Positions 39,242 through 51,131 are shown, counted from the first letter of the whole stretch. The stretch is 63,795 nucleotides of DNA, filler included, from Dirinaria sp. TL-2023a (GCA_051941275.1; 24 parts of 24 records of this genome joined end to end with filler, not necessarily neighbours in it), one strand, 5' to 3'. The notes: generated by a model from the letters alone, not told the origin. A program made the numbers and translations.

Positions 39242-39608
39242 ATGCCGTCACGATTTCAACGATCAAAGGATTGAATAGAGAAGGAATTTCAGAAGCAAAT
39301 TGAGCCAAAGTCTTGAAAGCAATGTCGTATCGATCTAGTTTGAATTTTGTGTAAATTCATCGAGGTAGTATTTGAGCTGTAGTGGAAAATACAGCTTTCA
39401 AAAATTCGACATAATATCGCTTGACATTCTGGGCCCACTGTATGTGACGAATCAGGATCTTGGGGTCTGAATCGAAAGCCAGACTCTTAATTGAGAATAC
39501 ATATTCGTATCATTTCAGGAACTTCTGAAGCGTTGAACTATCAGCATGCATCGTAGTCGTGGAGAATTGCATCACACGTAACTGCACCACTGAGATGAAC
39601 TGCTCGAA
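39242..39608 (-). pseudogene. Mutated gene fragment, possibly from an OTT_1508-like deaminase-domain protein
   Basis: ~122-codon frame broken only by two TGA (plausibly TGG): ...LPR*IYTKFKLDRYDIAFKTLAQFASEIPSLFNPLIVE. The family is recalled from memory, not verified. Confidence 0.4.
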
Positions 39609-39610
39609 GA

Positions 39611-40068
39611 TGTTACGACCCTGGAACACCTAAGTAGTAAGATAGGCACCAAGTCCCTTGACTTGGTTTAGTTAGTCTTTTGGCGCTGCCGGGACTTTTA
39701 TCATTGGGAAATCTATCTAACCAAGGTTGGGTCTTTGATTTTAAACCAAGTCAACCCGGTCGCAAAGTTCTGAGTTCGATTTCGCTCGGACGCTTGAAGG
39801 GTTGTTTCGGCGAGGACTTGTGGCTGAGAGCTTATCTAAGCTCGGGGCGACTACTTAACCTTTCCACTTAAGGCGAATCTCCTACCCACACCCTGAGTGC
39901 TGAGCTTCGGGACGAAGCTCAGAAAGGGACCCGGGTAGTGTTACGACCCTGGAACACCTAAGTAGTAAGATAGGCACCAAGTCTCTTGACTTGGTTTAGT
40001 TAGTCTTTTGGCGCTGCCGGGACTTTTACCATTGGGAAACCTATCTAACCAAGGTTGGGTCTTTGACG
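39611..40068 (+). mobile_element. TRIM-like miniature LTR retroelement: LTR-A (39611-39740), ~200-bp internal region, LTR-A (39939-40068)
   Basis: Two 130-bp direct repeats with a non-coding interior. A hairpin and purine tract (TGAGCTTCGGGACGAAGCTCA GAAAGGGACCCGGGTAG) abut the 3' LTR. Confidence 0.8.
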
Positions 40069-40168
40069 NNNNNNNNNNNNNNNNNNNNNNNNNNNNNNNN
40101 NNNNNNNNNNNNTTAATTAATTAANNNNNNNNNNNNNNNNNNNNNNNNNNNNNNNNNNNNNNNNNNNN

Positions 40169-42718
40169 CAACGTTGCGTCGTTTGCTCAACGACAAACTC
40201 GTCACGAAATTCATGATGAGCTTTTTTCATGATTTCGTGACGACAAACAAAAACTTAAACTCATCATATGATTTATATCGTGACGCTTTGATGCGTTGAC
40301 AAATATTACATGATTTAACATAATCTTTCATCTGTTTTTCGCAGACGAGTCAGTAATATTTTCTCTGAATTAACTTTAGTGTTTTTTTCGCATCAAAATG
40401 ATCGATCAAAAGATCATCATGATTTTTGGAAATAAATTTCTCTTTTACAGTCTCATTCTCGAGAACATAAAGTCGACTCTCATGTTTAACTAAGTTTTTT
40501 TGATTCAAAGCTTATGTTTTGAAACGCGTACTTCGACGAGACGACGACGCAACAGAATTATCATGTCGATGATCAATCGATTGCTCGATGATGCAAAACT
40601 TTTTTGCTCATTTATTCTGTGTCTGAAGCTTCTTAATCAAGAATTTTATAACTCTCGTCGACTTTTCGTAAACGTTCTCAGATATGTCTCTGACGATTTT
40701 TCGCGAGATGACGATCTGTACATCAGCTAAATTAAAAACAGAACTCATCGTCGTGAATAATCTCTGTTTGTTCTGCGACAGCTTATTATTAAGTCAGTCG
40801 ACAGCGTTAACATCAACACCAATTATTGAAAATACGTCGATCTGTGTCGAGTTTCGTCGTTTCGACGTCGACTTTTGTCTCGTCAGTAATAACTTGTTCT
40901 GCAACGTCGACAGCAACGTGATGTTATTAATCGAGATCTTTTCATAATCGAATCGTCTCGAAAATTCATCTGCAGAATTGTTTTTCTCTGCACGATGATG
41001 AATTTCAAAATCATAAATTGTCAATTTCAACGCTTAGCGCGTTTGTCTGACGTTAAACTCGCTCTGTTTCATAAATTCTCTAAAATTATTGTGATCTGAT
41101 CATATCTCAACAGTATGCGCATTACTTTTTAAATAATGTCGTCATTGTTTAAATGCTGTTATTATGATTAACAATTCCTGATCATGTGTTTTATAATTTT
41201 GTTTCGTCGAGATCATTTTTCTCGATCAGAATGTCATCGAACGTCAATGATCATCTTCATCAGACTGACTCAAAATTTCGATCACAGCGAAATTTGATGC
41301 GTCGATTTTTATTCGAATTTTCTTTATGGAGTCAAAATGATAAAGCATCGACGCAGAGTCGAAAATCTCGCGAAGTCGTCGAAACGTCTGTTTTGCTTCA
41401 TTAGTTCATATCAATAACTCTGATTTATTATCTTCTTTACTGTCTTTTAATAAATCAGTTAAAGATTCTGCTATATTAGAATAGCGATAAATGAAGCGTC
41501 TGTAAGAATTAGCAAAATTTGAAAAAACTTGCACTTTTTTATAGATTTTCGATTTAAATCATTTCTCTATGATTTTAACTTTTTCTCGATTCATTCGTAC
41601 TCTTTCTGTGAATACAATGAATTTAATAAATTCAATTTCGCAGATGTTGAATTGACATTTTTTTTAAATTGATATACAATTGAAAAATGCGTAAACGCTG
41701 CAACATCTGTCGAATGTGACGTCAATGTTTCGTCGAATTCTCGCTGTAAATAAAAATATTATTTAGATATATTACGCAAATAACATTTACTAATTCTCGA
41801 AAAATCTTATTTATATAAACTTGAAAGATCGTTGAGATATTAATTAATTCGAATGATATTATCTGATATTCGAAATGTTCATAACGAGTGCGAAACGCTG
41901 TTTTTCACTCATCACTCTGTCTGATGCGTATTCGATGATAAGTATTCTTAAGATCTAATTTAATAAATATCTTGATTTCATTTAAACGATTTAACGTTTT
42001 CGTTATAAAAGACAAAGAATGTCGATTTTTGATTGTGACAGCATTCAAATTTCTATAGTTTACACATAAACGTAGTTCTTCATTCTTTTTAAATACAAAA
42101 AGAATAAAGATCTCTGCTGATGAAACGAAATAAGGAATTCAACTCTTTTTAAGAGCGTCATCTAAATATCGTCGAAGTTTCGTCAGTTTCGTCTGAAAAA
42201 GATTATATAATAACATAAAAAAAGATTCTTGACTCTTAATTAAATCAATGACATGATTTTCTCGATTTTGTTCGAGTAAAATTTCGATCTTTTTGTTATT
42301 AAATTGATTTCGCAATTCTAGTAATTTTTTGAGAATTGAAGATTCTGATTTCAATTCATCTGTCGTCGTCACAACGTCGACGCAGATTAGAACGTACACT
42401 CGTTGCTCGTCAGCGACATTTTCGACGAATTTGATCGATCCAGAAATTTTAAATTTTTTCGAAGCAATTTTGAATCGTTAATTGACTAATTTCAAATTTA
42501 TCAATATACTTTGATTCGCTAACATAAGCATATCTAAAATGAGATCTGAGTCAACAAAATCAACTGCGTAAAAAAGAATAATACATTCGCGATCTTGTTC
42601 TCAAAAATCAATTAGTCAATAAATGAGTTTATAAACGTCGTAATAGTAACGATCTTTCTCGGTTAAGAATCTCGACAGCGACAGAGCGACGATTATTTGC
42701 GATAGATCTCACTGAACA
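40169..42718 (-). mobile_element. Ty3/gypsy pol (protease-RT-RNase H-integrase Zn finger), heavily mutated
   Basis: Relic motifs ILFVFKKNEELRLCVNYR, DE*KTAFRTRYEHFEYQIISFEL, YLNNIFIYS and EIHHRAEKNNSADEFSR, with many stops. Confidence 0.92.
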
Positions 42719-42818
42719 NNNNNNNNNNNNNNNNNNNNNNNNNNNNNNNNNNNNNNNNNNNNTTAATTAATTAANNNNNNNNNNNNNNNNNNNNNNNNNN
42801 NNNNNNNNNNNNNNNNNN

Positions 42819-43724
42819 CCCCAGCAATCCCACGAGCTGCGCTCTCAACCCGTCCAACCCACCCTCCAAACCTCCAACCCACCTCACGCCGTCCCCATCA
42901 AACACCCTGCCCTCCACTCTCGCGCCCAACAGTATCAGTTTCTGTAGCCCGCCCTGCACATCCGTCTCATAGTACGATGGATTCGTACGGCGTTTCGGGG
43001 CCGGGAAGCTACTGGGCGAGGGGACGAGGATGCTCAATGCGGCCGCCAGATGTGCAGGGGAAACGGTGGGGAAGGAAAGTATTGCGAGCGGGCCGGAGAG
43101 GAGCGGCGAAAGCGGGTGCACGGATTTATACCTGCGGGTGGCGGCGTGCGCGTGCGTTGAGAGCCCGTGCGTGTATGTTTCGTCGTCTGGTGTGTGGGGG
43201 GATTGATTCGGGAGCTCGGCGGAGGATTGCGTGGATGGGTCTGTGGCGTGTGGGATTGAGGGGGTGGGAGATGCCGTTGGGTCGAAGTATGAGGCGACCA
43301 GGAGGGCGGAGCGGAAAATTGAGGATTGGATGATTTGCAGCTTTATGGCGTCTGCTTGAGGAATGGAGGATGTCGACGCTTCTTGTTGTTGCTCGTCGAT
43401 CTTGCGCAGAGCGGATGAGAGCTCGCGCCGGATGGACATCCATTCTATGGCTCGCAGGTTCGAGTGCTGGAATAGCAGTATCAGGGGCGTCGAGCGGAGC
43501 AGGGACGTGTATTGCCGGTGGAGCTGCGATTTGCGGTATTCAGGTGGTTTGTGAGAGGGCGGCTGCGTGAGTGGGAAGCGGGCTATGGGTGGTGGAGAGA
43601 TTGTTGTCTGGTCGAGAGACGCTGCTGGCGTGATTGCTGCGGCGGATGCGTATTGACGAGATATGCGTGGAGCGAGTGGGAGAGGGCGGAGGCATTGTGG
43701 ACAGAGGCGCTTTCGTGGAGGCAT
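42819..43724 (-). CDS. MRPL11: Mitochondrial large ribosomal subunit protein uL10m (3' truncated)
   Basis: Basic presequence, then PPSHKPPEYRKSQLHRQYTSLLRSTPLILLFQH, LLSGPLA and KLILLGARVEG...LDGLRAQLV. Confidence 0.75.
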
Positions 43725-44011
43725 ATTGGAGACTACCGTACTCGTAAATTGTATTTGTAGAAGACCTTTTGCTGTTGGAAGCCGATACTACAATGTAACC
43801 TGCAGACCTTCGTTGCTAGTGCTGATTACGTAATATAAATTTCTCATGCCACAGACCCGTACTTCGACCTCAGACCATACAAAGAATTGAGCTACACCAT
43901 GACCCTTTACCGTTTCAAACCTAGCTTTACGGGGCGGTAGCAAGCCATGACTATGGAAAGACCCATCAATCACATACTCACCGTCAGATTCCTGCCTCCT
44001 CAGCAGGCGCA

Positions 44012-45322
44012 ATGGCTTCGCTACCTCCCTCCGACTCACCACCCCACCCCACAATATCAATAACACCCCTCCTCACCTCCCTCCTTTCAAACCACCCCGT
44101 CTCACCCTCCGAAATCTCCGCCACTCTATCCCTAAGCTTTCAGAACGCGCTCTCACCGACCCAATGTGCGTCGCTCCTGACCCTACTCGCCTCCTCGAAA
44201 CTCGACCGCGACCCTCTCGTGCTGGCACAATGTGCATCCAGCATGCGCGAAGCGGCAACGCCCCTCAACGCCTCGGAGCTGCGCGCAGTGATCCGCGAAA
44301 GGGATCTGAAAGAGGGCACCTACAGAGGTGGCTTAGTGGACATAGTAGGCACAGGCGGCGACGGGCACTCGGTCTTCAACGTCTCGACCTCGGCCTCGAT
44401 CCTCTGCTCCTCCCTGCTCCTCGTCGCGAAACACGGCAACCGGGCTTCCTCCTCTACCTCCGGCTCCGCGGACCTGATCCAATCGCTCCCCTTCTCCCCC
44501 GCTCCAGACATCGAAGCGACGACGGCGGCGCGCCTGCCGAAAGTCTACACAAGATCCAACTACGCCTTCCTCTTCGCGCCCCGCTACCACACGGGCATGC
44601 GGCACGTAGCGTCGATCCGCAAAGACCTCGGCTTCCGCACAATCTTCAACCTGCTAGGCCCCCTCGCAAATCCGGCGCACGCGCACATCGAAGCCCGGAT
44701 CGTGGGTGTCGCGAGCCAGGACCTGCTCCCCGTCTTCGCGGAGGCCTTGCGCCAGAGCAAAGCCGACAAATGCCTCGTGGTCTGCGGCGCCGAGAACCTG
44801 GATGAAATCAGTTGCGCGGGGGTGACACACTGCAAATACGTAGTCAAACGCCCGAACCCACACTTCCGCGGCGCCGGAAAAGAGAAGGAAGACGACAATT
44901 CCACCACGAGCGACGACGAAGAAACAGAACCGCGTCTGCGCACGCAGATCGAAAGTTTCGAGCTCTCCCCCACCGATTTCGGCCTCGGCATCCACCCCCT
45001 CACAAGCGTCTCCCCGGGTAAACAGCCGCGCGAAAACGCAGAGCTGTTGATGAAACTACTGCGCAATGAACTCGCGCCGGATGACCCGGTCCTGGAATTC
45101 GTGCTCCTGAACGCGGCGGCGCTGTTCGCCGTCAGCGGCGTTTGCGAAGCGGAGGGATTCCCCCAGCAATATGGTGATGGTGAGGCAGCAGCAGCGGTGA
45201 TCAAGGAACGGGGTCCGGGCGGGCTGAGATGGAAAGAAGGCGTCCGACGCGCGAGGTGGAGTATCGCGAGCGGCGCGGCGCTGAGGGCTTTGGAGGCTTT
45301 TGTGAGCTGCACGAGGATATAG
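44012..45322 (+). CDS. TRP4: Anthranilate phosphoribosyltransferase
   Basis: DIVGTGGDG..FNVST, KHGNRASSSTSGSAD, RKDLGFRTIFNLLGPLANP and LDEIS motifs. Intronless, 436 aa. Confidence 0.95.
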   Translation: MASLPPSDSPPHPTISITPLLTSLLSNHPVSPSEISATLSLSFQNALSPTQCASLLTLLASSKLDRDPLVLAQCASSMREAATPLNASELRAVIRERDLKEGTYRGGLVDIVGTGGDGHSVFNVSTSASILCSSLLLVAKHGNRASSSTSGSADLIQSLPFSPAPDIEATTAARLPKVYTRSNYAFLFAPRYHTGMRHVASIRKDLGFRTIFNLLGPLANPAHAHIEARIVGVASQDLLPVFAEALRQSKADKCLVVCGAENLDEISCAGVTHCKYVVKRPNPHFRGAGKEKEDDNSTTSDDEETEPRLRTQIESFELSPTDFGLGIHPLTSVSPGKQPRENAELLMKLLRNELAPDDPVLEFVLLNAAALFAVSGVCEAEGFPQQYGDGEAAAAVIKERGPGGLRWKEGVRRARWSIASGAALRALEAFVSCTRI

Positions 45323-45986
45323 AAAAGAATATAGAATAGAAAAAAAAAGGGATTGATGGATATATCCNNNNNNNNNNNNNNNNNNNNNNNNNNNNNNNNN
45401 NNNNNNNNNNNTTAATTAATTAANNNNNNNNNNNNNNNNNNNNNNNNNNNNNNNNNNNNNNNNNNNNCCTATATCTATTATCCATTACCTATTACTCTGA
45501 GCACTAGCGTTTCCGAGGACTGCCATCTTGCGGAGGCTAACCGTTTTCGTCAACTTATACTTTCCACATTCTTGGTGGTGAACCGGTCCACCCGGTCCCG
45601 GTTTTACAGAATATGATGGAACTTATTTCTCCTCAATCTTCTCGAAAATGGAGAAGAGGAGAGGAAAGACAAAGAGAAGGGGCCGAAGGGAAGAGAGGAG
45701 GAAAGGGTGTCAGACAGAAGCCGCGCGGTGTGCTGTGGAGGGGGGGATGTGCAAATTAGAAGAGAAGGGAATAAGGGAGGCGGTGGATACGGCCTAAAGT
45801 AAGAATAGTATGAAGAGAGAAGGTGGACCAGATTCCGACAAGAGGTTTGGTAGACCAGACACCTGCTTTTCCTAATGTGGTGAGCATGACACTGGCGGGC
45901 AGTATGGCAGGTAACCCACAGATACTCGACAAACTTACGAAAGAACCCTCAATTAGGCATAGTTTGCGCACACACCAAGGTTTGAG

Positions 45987-47250
45987 ATGGCGACCCTTCT
46001 AGACTCTGATAAAGTGGAATTATTGGACAGCGAAAGCCTTTCAATTATTGCACATTCAGCAGCTATGTCCACCGAGTCAAGCTTGCCAAGCGTCATTAGC
46101 AGTCCCATAGTTCTAGACGAGAAATCCATTTATGCAAGCGTGCAAGATGGCTACAGCTGGGCGGCTAAAGGCAACGATGGCAACTATGGTCACACTGTCG
46201 CTTCGGCGTTTGGCTATTCCAAGGAAGAGCTTACACATGTTCCAATAGAGTCGAACTTGGGATTGAGCTGTGGAAATCCTTTCGCGGTAGCCAACATTCG
46301 GGAAGGAGAGACGGTCATAGACCTTGGCAGCGGCGCCGGCTTCGATGTCTTTCAAGCCGCAACCAAAGTTGGTCCGTCGGGCAAAGTGATTGGCACCGAT
46401 ATGAATAGAGTAGATAATCTTTTCCTTCCTCTTTTCTTTTTTGCTTCTTCTTCTTCTTCTTCTTTTTTTTTTTTTTTTTTTTTTTGCACAACTGTATTTC
46501 AGCTAAGGACGGTTGGGAATTTTGCACTGATCTCAAGTTCAGGATATGGTTGCGCGAGCTGAGAAAATCAAAGAAAAAATCAAGGCCAGCAACACTTCGT
46601 TCATCCAGTCGCGCATCACTAAAATCAATCTGCCCGATGCGACGGCAGACTGCATCATCAGTAATTGTGTCATCAACCTGATCCCGACCGGAGACAAGCA
46701 GTCTTCATTCCACGAGATGTTTCGATTACTGAAGCCACATGGCCGTGTAGCCATTAGCGATATTCTTCTGAAACAAGATCTGCCGAACGAGCTGAAAAGC
46801 AACATGGCACTGTATGTCGGCTGCATCGCCGGCGCTAGCCGGGTAGAGGAATACGAAAATTACTTAAAGGAAGCAGGATTCAAAGGTGCTGATGTGGCTG
46901 GCGTGCTACCTGTGAAGTACAGGCTGATTCGAATTGATGATTTGCAGATATCCTCATCATCGCTGATCAGAGTGATCTGAACGTGTATAAAACGGCGAAC
47001 AAGGATGACACGAAGAACAGCACGAGACCTGGATGCTGCGGTGGCGGAAACGAAGACAAGTCGCCTTGTTGCGGCAGTGTTGATGCGGTGGTAAAAGACG
47101 ATGGAAAGTGGAGGGATGTCGATTTCAATGAGTGGGCTGGTGAGTTACTGCATCTGTCAAAGAAATGCGGCGCGATTTGGAGCTCATATCGCATCAGGCT
47201 CGTTCAAAATATACGCGATCAAGCCAGACGTTCTTCAATCGTGCTCCTGA
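45987..47250 (+). CDS. Arsenite S-adenosylmethionine methyltransferase (ArsM/AS3MT-like), 4 exons
   Basis: [36 protein letters not shown] and YVGCIAGA motifs. Introns 46410-46542, 46886-46947 and 47140-47197. Ends [10 protein letters not shown]...TGA 47250. Confidence 0.88.
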
Positions 47251-48576
47251 GGCATTCATTTCTTAACTCAAAAAGTCAGATAAATGGGAGGTTCTATAAT
47301 CGAGCATGTTCTGCAACTATGGCGCAACTCTTTTTCCAAAAAAAAAAAAAAAAAAGCTAATACCGATCACCAATCAACCCCCTCCCCTCCCCTAATCAAA
47401 AAATTCCTCAATCTTCAATTCACTCCTCTCCCTAAATACCAACTCCCCATTCCCAACATCCCCAACATCCTTCCCCAAACCACACATCAAAGAAAACCCC
47501 TCGCACTTCCCATTTCCTCGGCAAAATTCAAATCATCTCATTTTTAACACGCGGTTTGGAGCACTACAGTAGAAATAATTATGGAGAAAGAGAGGAAAGT
47601 GAACGGAATAATTAACAGATATCACAAGACAGCAGTGTCGAGAAAGCAGCTTTTTAGATAATTACAGTAGTAGTACTAACGCAAAGTTCTACCTACTCCC
47701 CACCAAAACCCACCACCTTCCAAGACCTTACCACATCTTTCCCAATAAACCAAATTTCTTACCTCTCCCCAAAATGACAAAGCTAAATAAATTCCAATTT
47801 CTCATCAATTCAAAATCTCAATTATTATATCCTGGATACGGCAACTAAAATAGGGCATGCAATAACTGTATATATTATTCCAACCAAAAAATAAACATGC
47901 TAATAGCAATTAGCTACATGTAACCAATTTCTATATACCCAATCGATCCAATCCAAAAAAAAAAAAAAAAACATGCCTGTACTAACAATCCCAACCCTCC
48001 TTATTCTAATACNNNNNNNNNNNNNNNNNNNNNNNNNNNNNNNNNNNNNNNNNNNNTTAATTAATTAANNNNNNNNNNNNNNNNNNNNNNNNNNNNNNNN
48101 NNNNNNNNNNNNTATCAGCAAGTAATATTAATGTGTGTGAGGGACACAAAAAAGAAAAGGTGGATTGGATGATTTTGATGGTTGGTTGGCTTTCCCCCGG
48201 GGCTTTGTTTGTGTGTATGTAGATAATGTATGTATGTAGATAGCTATGGAAACATGTTGATTCTCCGCTGAGATTACATCGTTTTTTTCTTCTTCTCTAC
48301 GCGGTTGTGGGACAGACAGATAATTTCCTGGATTTTGCCTCGATCTAATCACGCACGCGCTCGTACTCCCCTTAGCATGTACAAAGTAGACATAAAGGAG
48401 CCTACAAGCGGCTTTCAGCTAGATGTGGTACGAAATATGTAGAATAATGGGTGCTAAATTTTCTGGTTCCCTTCAGGACACCACCCCAGACGAGACATAT
48501 CTACATAATCCTTCCCTTTCCCACTGAATCCGGATCAAGGCATACATAATCCTTCCTTTCACACGGGTGATCCAAA

Positions 48577-50653
48577 TCAAGGATGCTCCTCATTCCACCG
48601 CCTGTACCACTCCAAACAGTCAGCGTTCGCGACACTGGCGCTCGTCTTCACATTGAGGCCGCACAGGATCTGCTTGACCGCGACCTCGACCTTCTTGCCG
48701 TTGGTCGTGGCGGGGATTTCCGGGCACTCGTCCACCACGCCGGGGACGTGCCGCGCGCTCAACTCGGTCCTGACGACCTTCTGGATGCGTGCCGCCAGTT
48801 CCTGGCTAAAGGAGTTCCGGCGCACCAGCTTCACGAACAGCACCACCGTTTCGTCGGCATCCTGTTCCCGGCGGCGACCGATGCACAGTGCGTCCTCGAT
48901 CTCCGGGAAATACTTCAGGAGGACGTTGTAGATCTCAGCGCTGCCGAAGCGCACGCCCGCCGGCTTGAGCACGCCGTCGCTGCGCCCGAGCATGACCATC
49001 CCCCCCGTGGACGGGTTGAAGCGGACGAAATCGCCGTGGTGCCAGACGGCGGGGCCGAAGGTGTCGAAATAGCTTTTGCGGTACTTCTCGGCCCCGTCCG
49101 TGCCCCAGAACTTCACGGGCTGGCAGGGGAACGGCTTCACGCAGACCAGGTCGCCCGCTTCGCCCGTGTCTGTGATGTCCTTGCCGGAGTAGTCCCAGGC
49201 TTCGACTGCCATGCCCAGACCGCGGACTTGGATTTCGCCGGCATAGACTGGGGATAGTTGGCTTGGTGCACCGAACAGGGAAACGATGTCTGTACCACCG
49301 GTTATGCTGGCGAGATTCACAGGTCCGAAGGCACGGTAGACGTAATGAAACGTTGACGGCGCCAGAGGGGAACCGGTGCTGTAGATCGCTTTGAGAGAGG
49401 TTAGGGCGATGCCGTGTTCTTTGGGGAGGGCGTTCTTCTGTTCGAGGATGGAGAGGTACTTGGCCGACGTGCCAAAGTGGGTGATTGCCAGTTCATCAAT
49501 AAGCCGCGGCATTGCCAATTCACCTGCTCCGGAAGAGTCGAGGGGTCGGAATGGAGAGCCATCGTAGAGAACTAGTGTTGCGCCTGTAGCGAGACCAGAT
49601 ACAAGCCAATGCCACATCATCCAGGTGCACGTTGTGAAATAGAAGAGACGGTTACCAGGGCGAATGGAGCATTGGATATCATGCTCTTTCTTGTGCTGAA
49701 TGAGTGTTCCAATGGCGCCGTGAACGATTGCTTTCGGCTTGCCGGTTGTGCCTGAGGAGTAAAGTATGTATATGGGGTGGTCGGGATCAAGTTGGGCGAA
49801 GTCAAGTGTTGCATCAGGAGGCGCTTGGGCGAGGAATGTCGAGTACATTATTGCCCTTCCCGAAGGTACACTGATGTCTTTAAGATTTGAATCGTGGTCC
49901 TTTACTGTCTCGAAGACAACGACTACCTGCAGCTTTGGAACTTCGCTCGCAATGTCCCTCAATTTGTCCTGCAGGTCATGGGTCTTACCATTGTACTGGA
50001 CGGCATTATCCGCGAAAAGGAGCACAGGCTCGATCTGCGAGATTCGGTCGAGGACCCCGTGTACACCAGTATCAGGAGAAACCGATGTCCACATAGCGCC
50101 GATGGAAGTGCTTGCCAGCATAGCAACGAGCGCGTTCACATGATTCGCAACGTAGCCTGCAATACGGTCCCCTTCTTTAACGCCAATGCTTCGCATAGCG
50201 GCAGCACACCGCCGCACCTTTTCACGAAGTTCATTCCAGGTGACATGCTCACGTGAGTCTTCGTTTGCTGCAATGATGGCCACAGAATCTGGTTCAGGGT
50301 CGCATTGCGGAAAGAGAAGATTCTCTGCGAAATTTAACTTAGATCCTCGGAAAAAGGAAGGACGTGGGAACATGGGAGCGTCCTCATCAACAACCTATCT
50401 GTTATCAGCCCAGACTTACATCTCCACATCAGCATGCAGCAATCAATTCAGATTTTGCAATAGCATTGGAAGGGTCTGCGATGATCAGCACAGCACATAG
50501 TCGGCCTCACATCTGTTCTGTGCGATTGTCCGGGCATTTGCAAGATGGGTTGTCGGAATACCAGCTGCTATTCAGCCCATTGAATAATACTACGAGTATT
50601 CAAGCCAACGACGATGAAAATGTAGAAAGGGTACCACTAGGGTGCCCAAGATT
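48577..50653 (-). CDS. Acetoacetyl-CoA synthetase (AMP-binding), 5' truncated
   Basis: LNFAENLL, YILYSSGTTGKPK, WMMWHWL, SITGGTDI and GRSDGVLKPAGVRFGSAEIY motifs. Upstream exons run toward the contig edge. Confidence 0.92.
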
Positions 50654-51131
50654 NNNNNNNNNNNNNNNNNNNNNNNNNNNNNNNNNNNNNNNNNNNNTTA
50701 ATTAATTAANNNNNNNNNNNNNNNNNNNNNNNNNNNNNNNNNNNNNNNNNNNNCCATTCCATTGTCAAACTAGAGAAAGAAAGACTTTTCTCCTATAAGC
50801 CTCGCTGGGCGAGAGAGGTTCTGGCGCCATGAAGGCCGCTATCTGACAATCTCACATTGCTATTTCATTTTGTATGAGTGACTAGATCTATAAAAATACC
50901 CGAGGCGTGCCCTCGGATCGATCTCAGTTCTCCAAGATTAGATTAGATAGCCGCGGCAATCTCCAAGCGCCGCCCAATCAGAGTGCAGGGGAAATGATAT
51001 CCGTCATAAGTATAGTAGGTACCAGTACGTGCAGCGAACTTCATCTGAAGCTCTTCATTTGCCGCGGAGCCTTTGGAGTACAATCAGTACCTCGTTTTCA
51101 ACTCCTCCCTTTCCCATTGCCATCGGCCACA

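Noticed and set aside
40169..42718. Alternative genetic code (TGA=Trp) or an organellar/viral insert
   Set aside because: TGA at Trp positions comes with Gly>Glu and Pro>Ser changes and other stops, so G>A/C>T hypermutation explains it better.
44164..45312. Long overlapping or antisense ORFs over TRP4 (also over the acyl-CoA synthetase, HPC2 and NDUFS2)
   Set aside because: These are shadow ORFs expected in GC3-rich coding DNA and have no recognisable motifs.
45468..45526. Possible first exon (MAVLGNASAQSN + GTAATG donor) of a gene divergent from the methyltransferase
   Set aside because: Only ~12 codons before the contig edge, so it cannot be identified.
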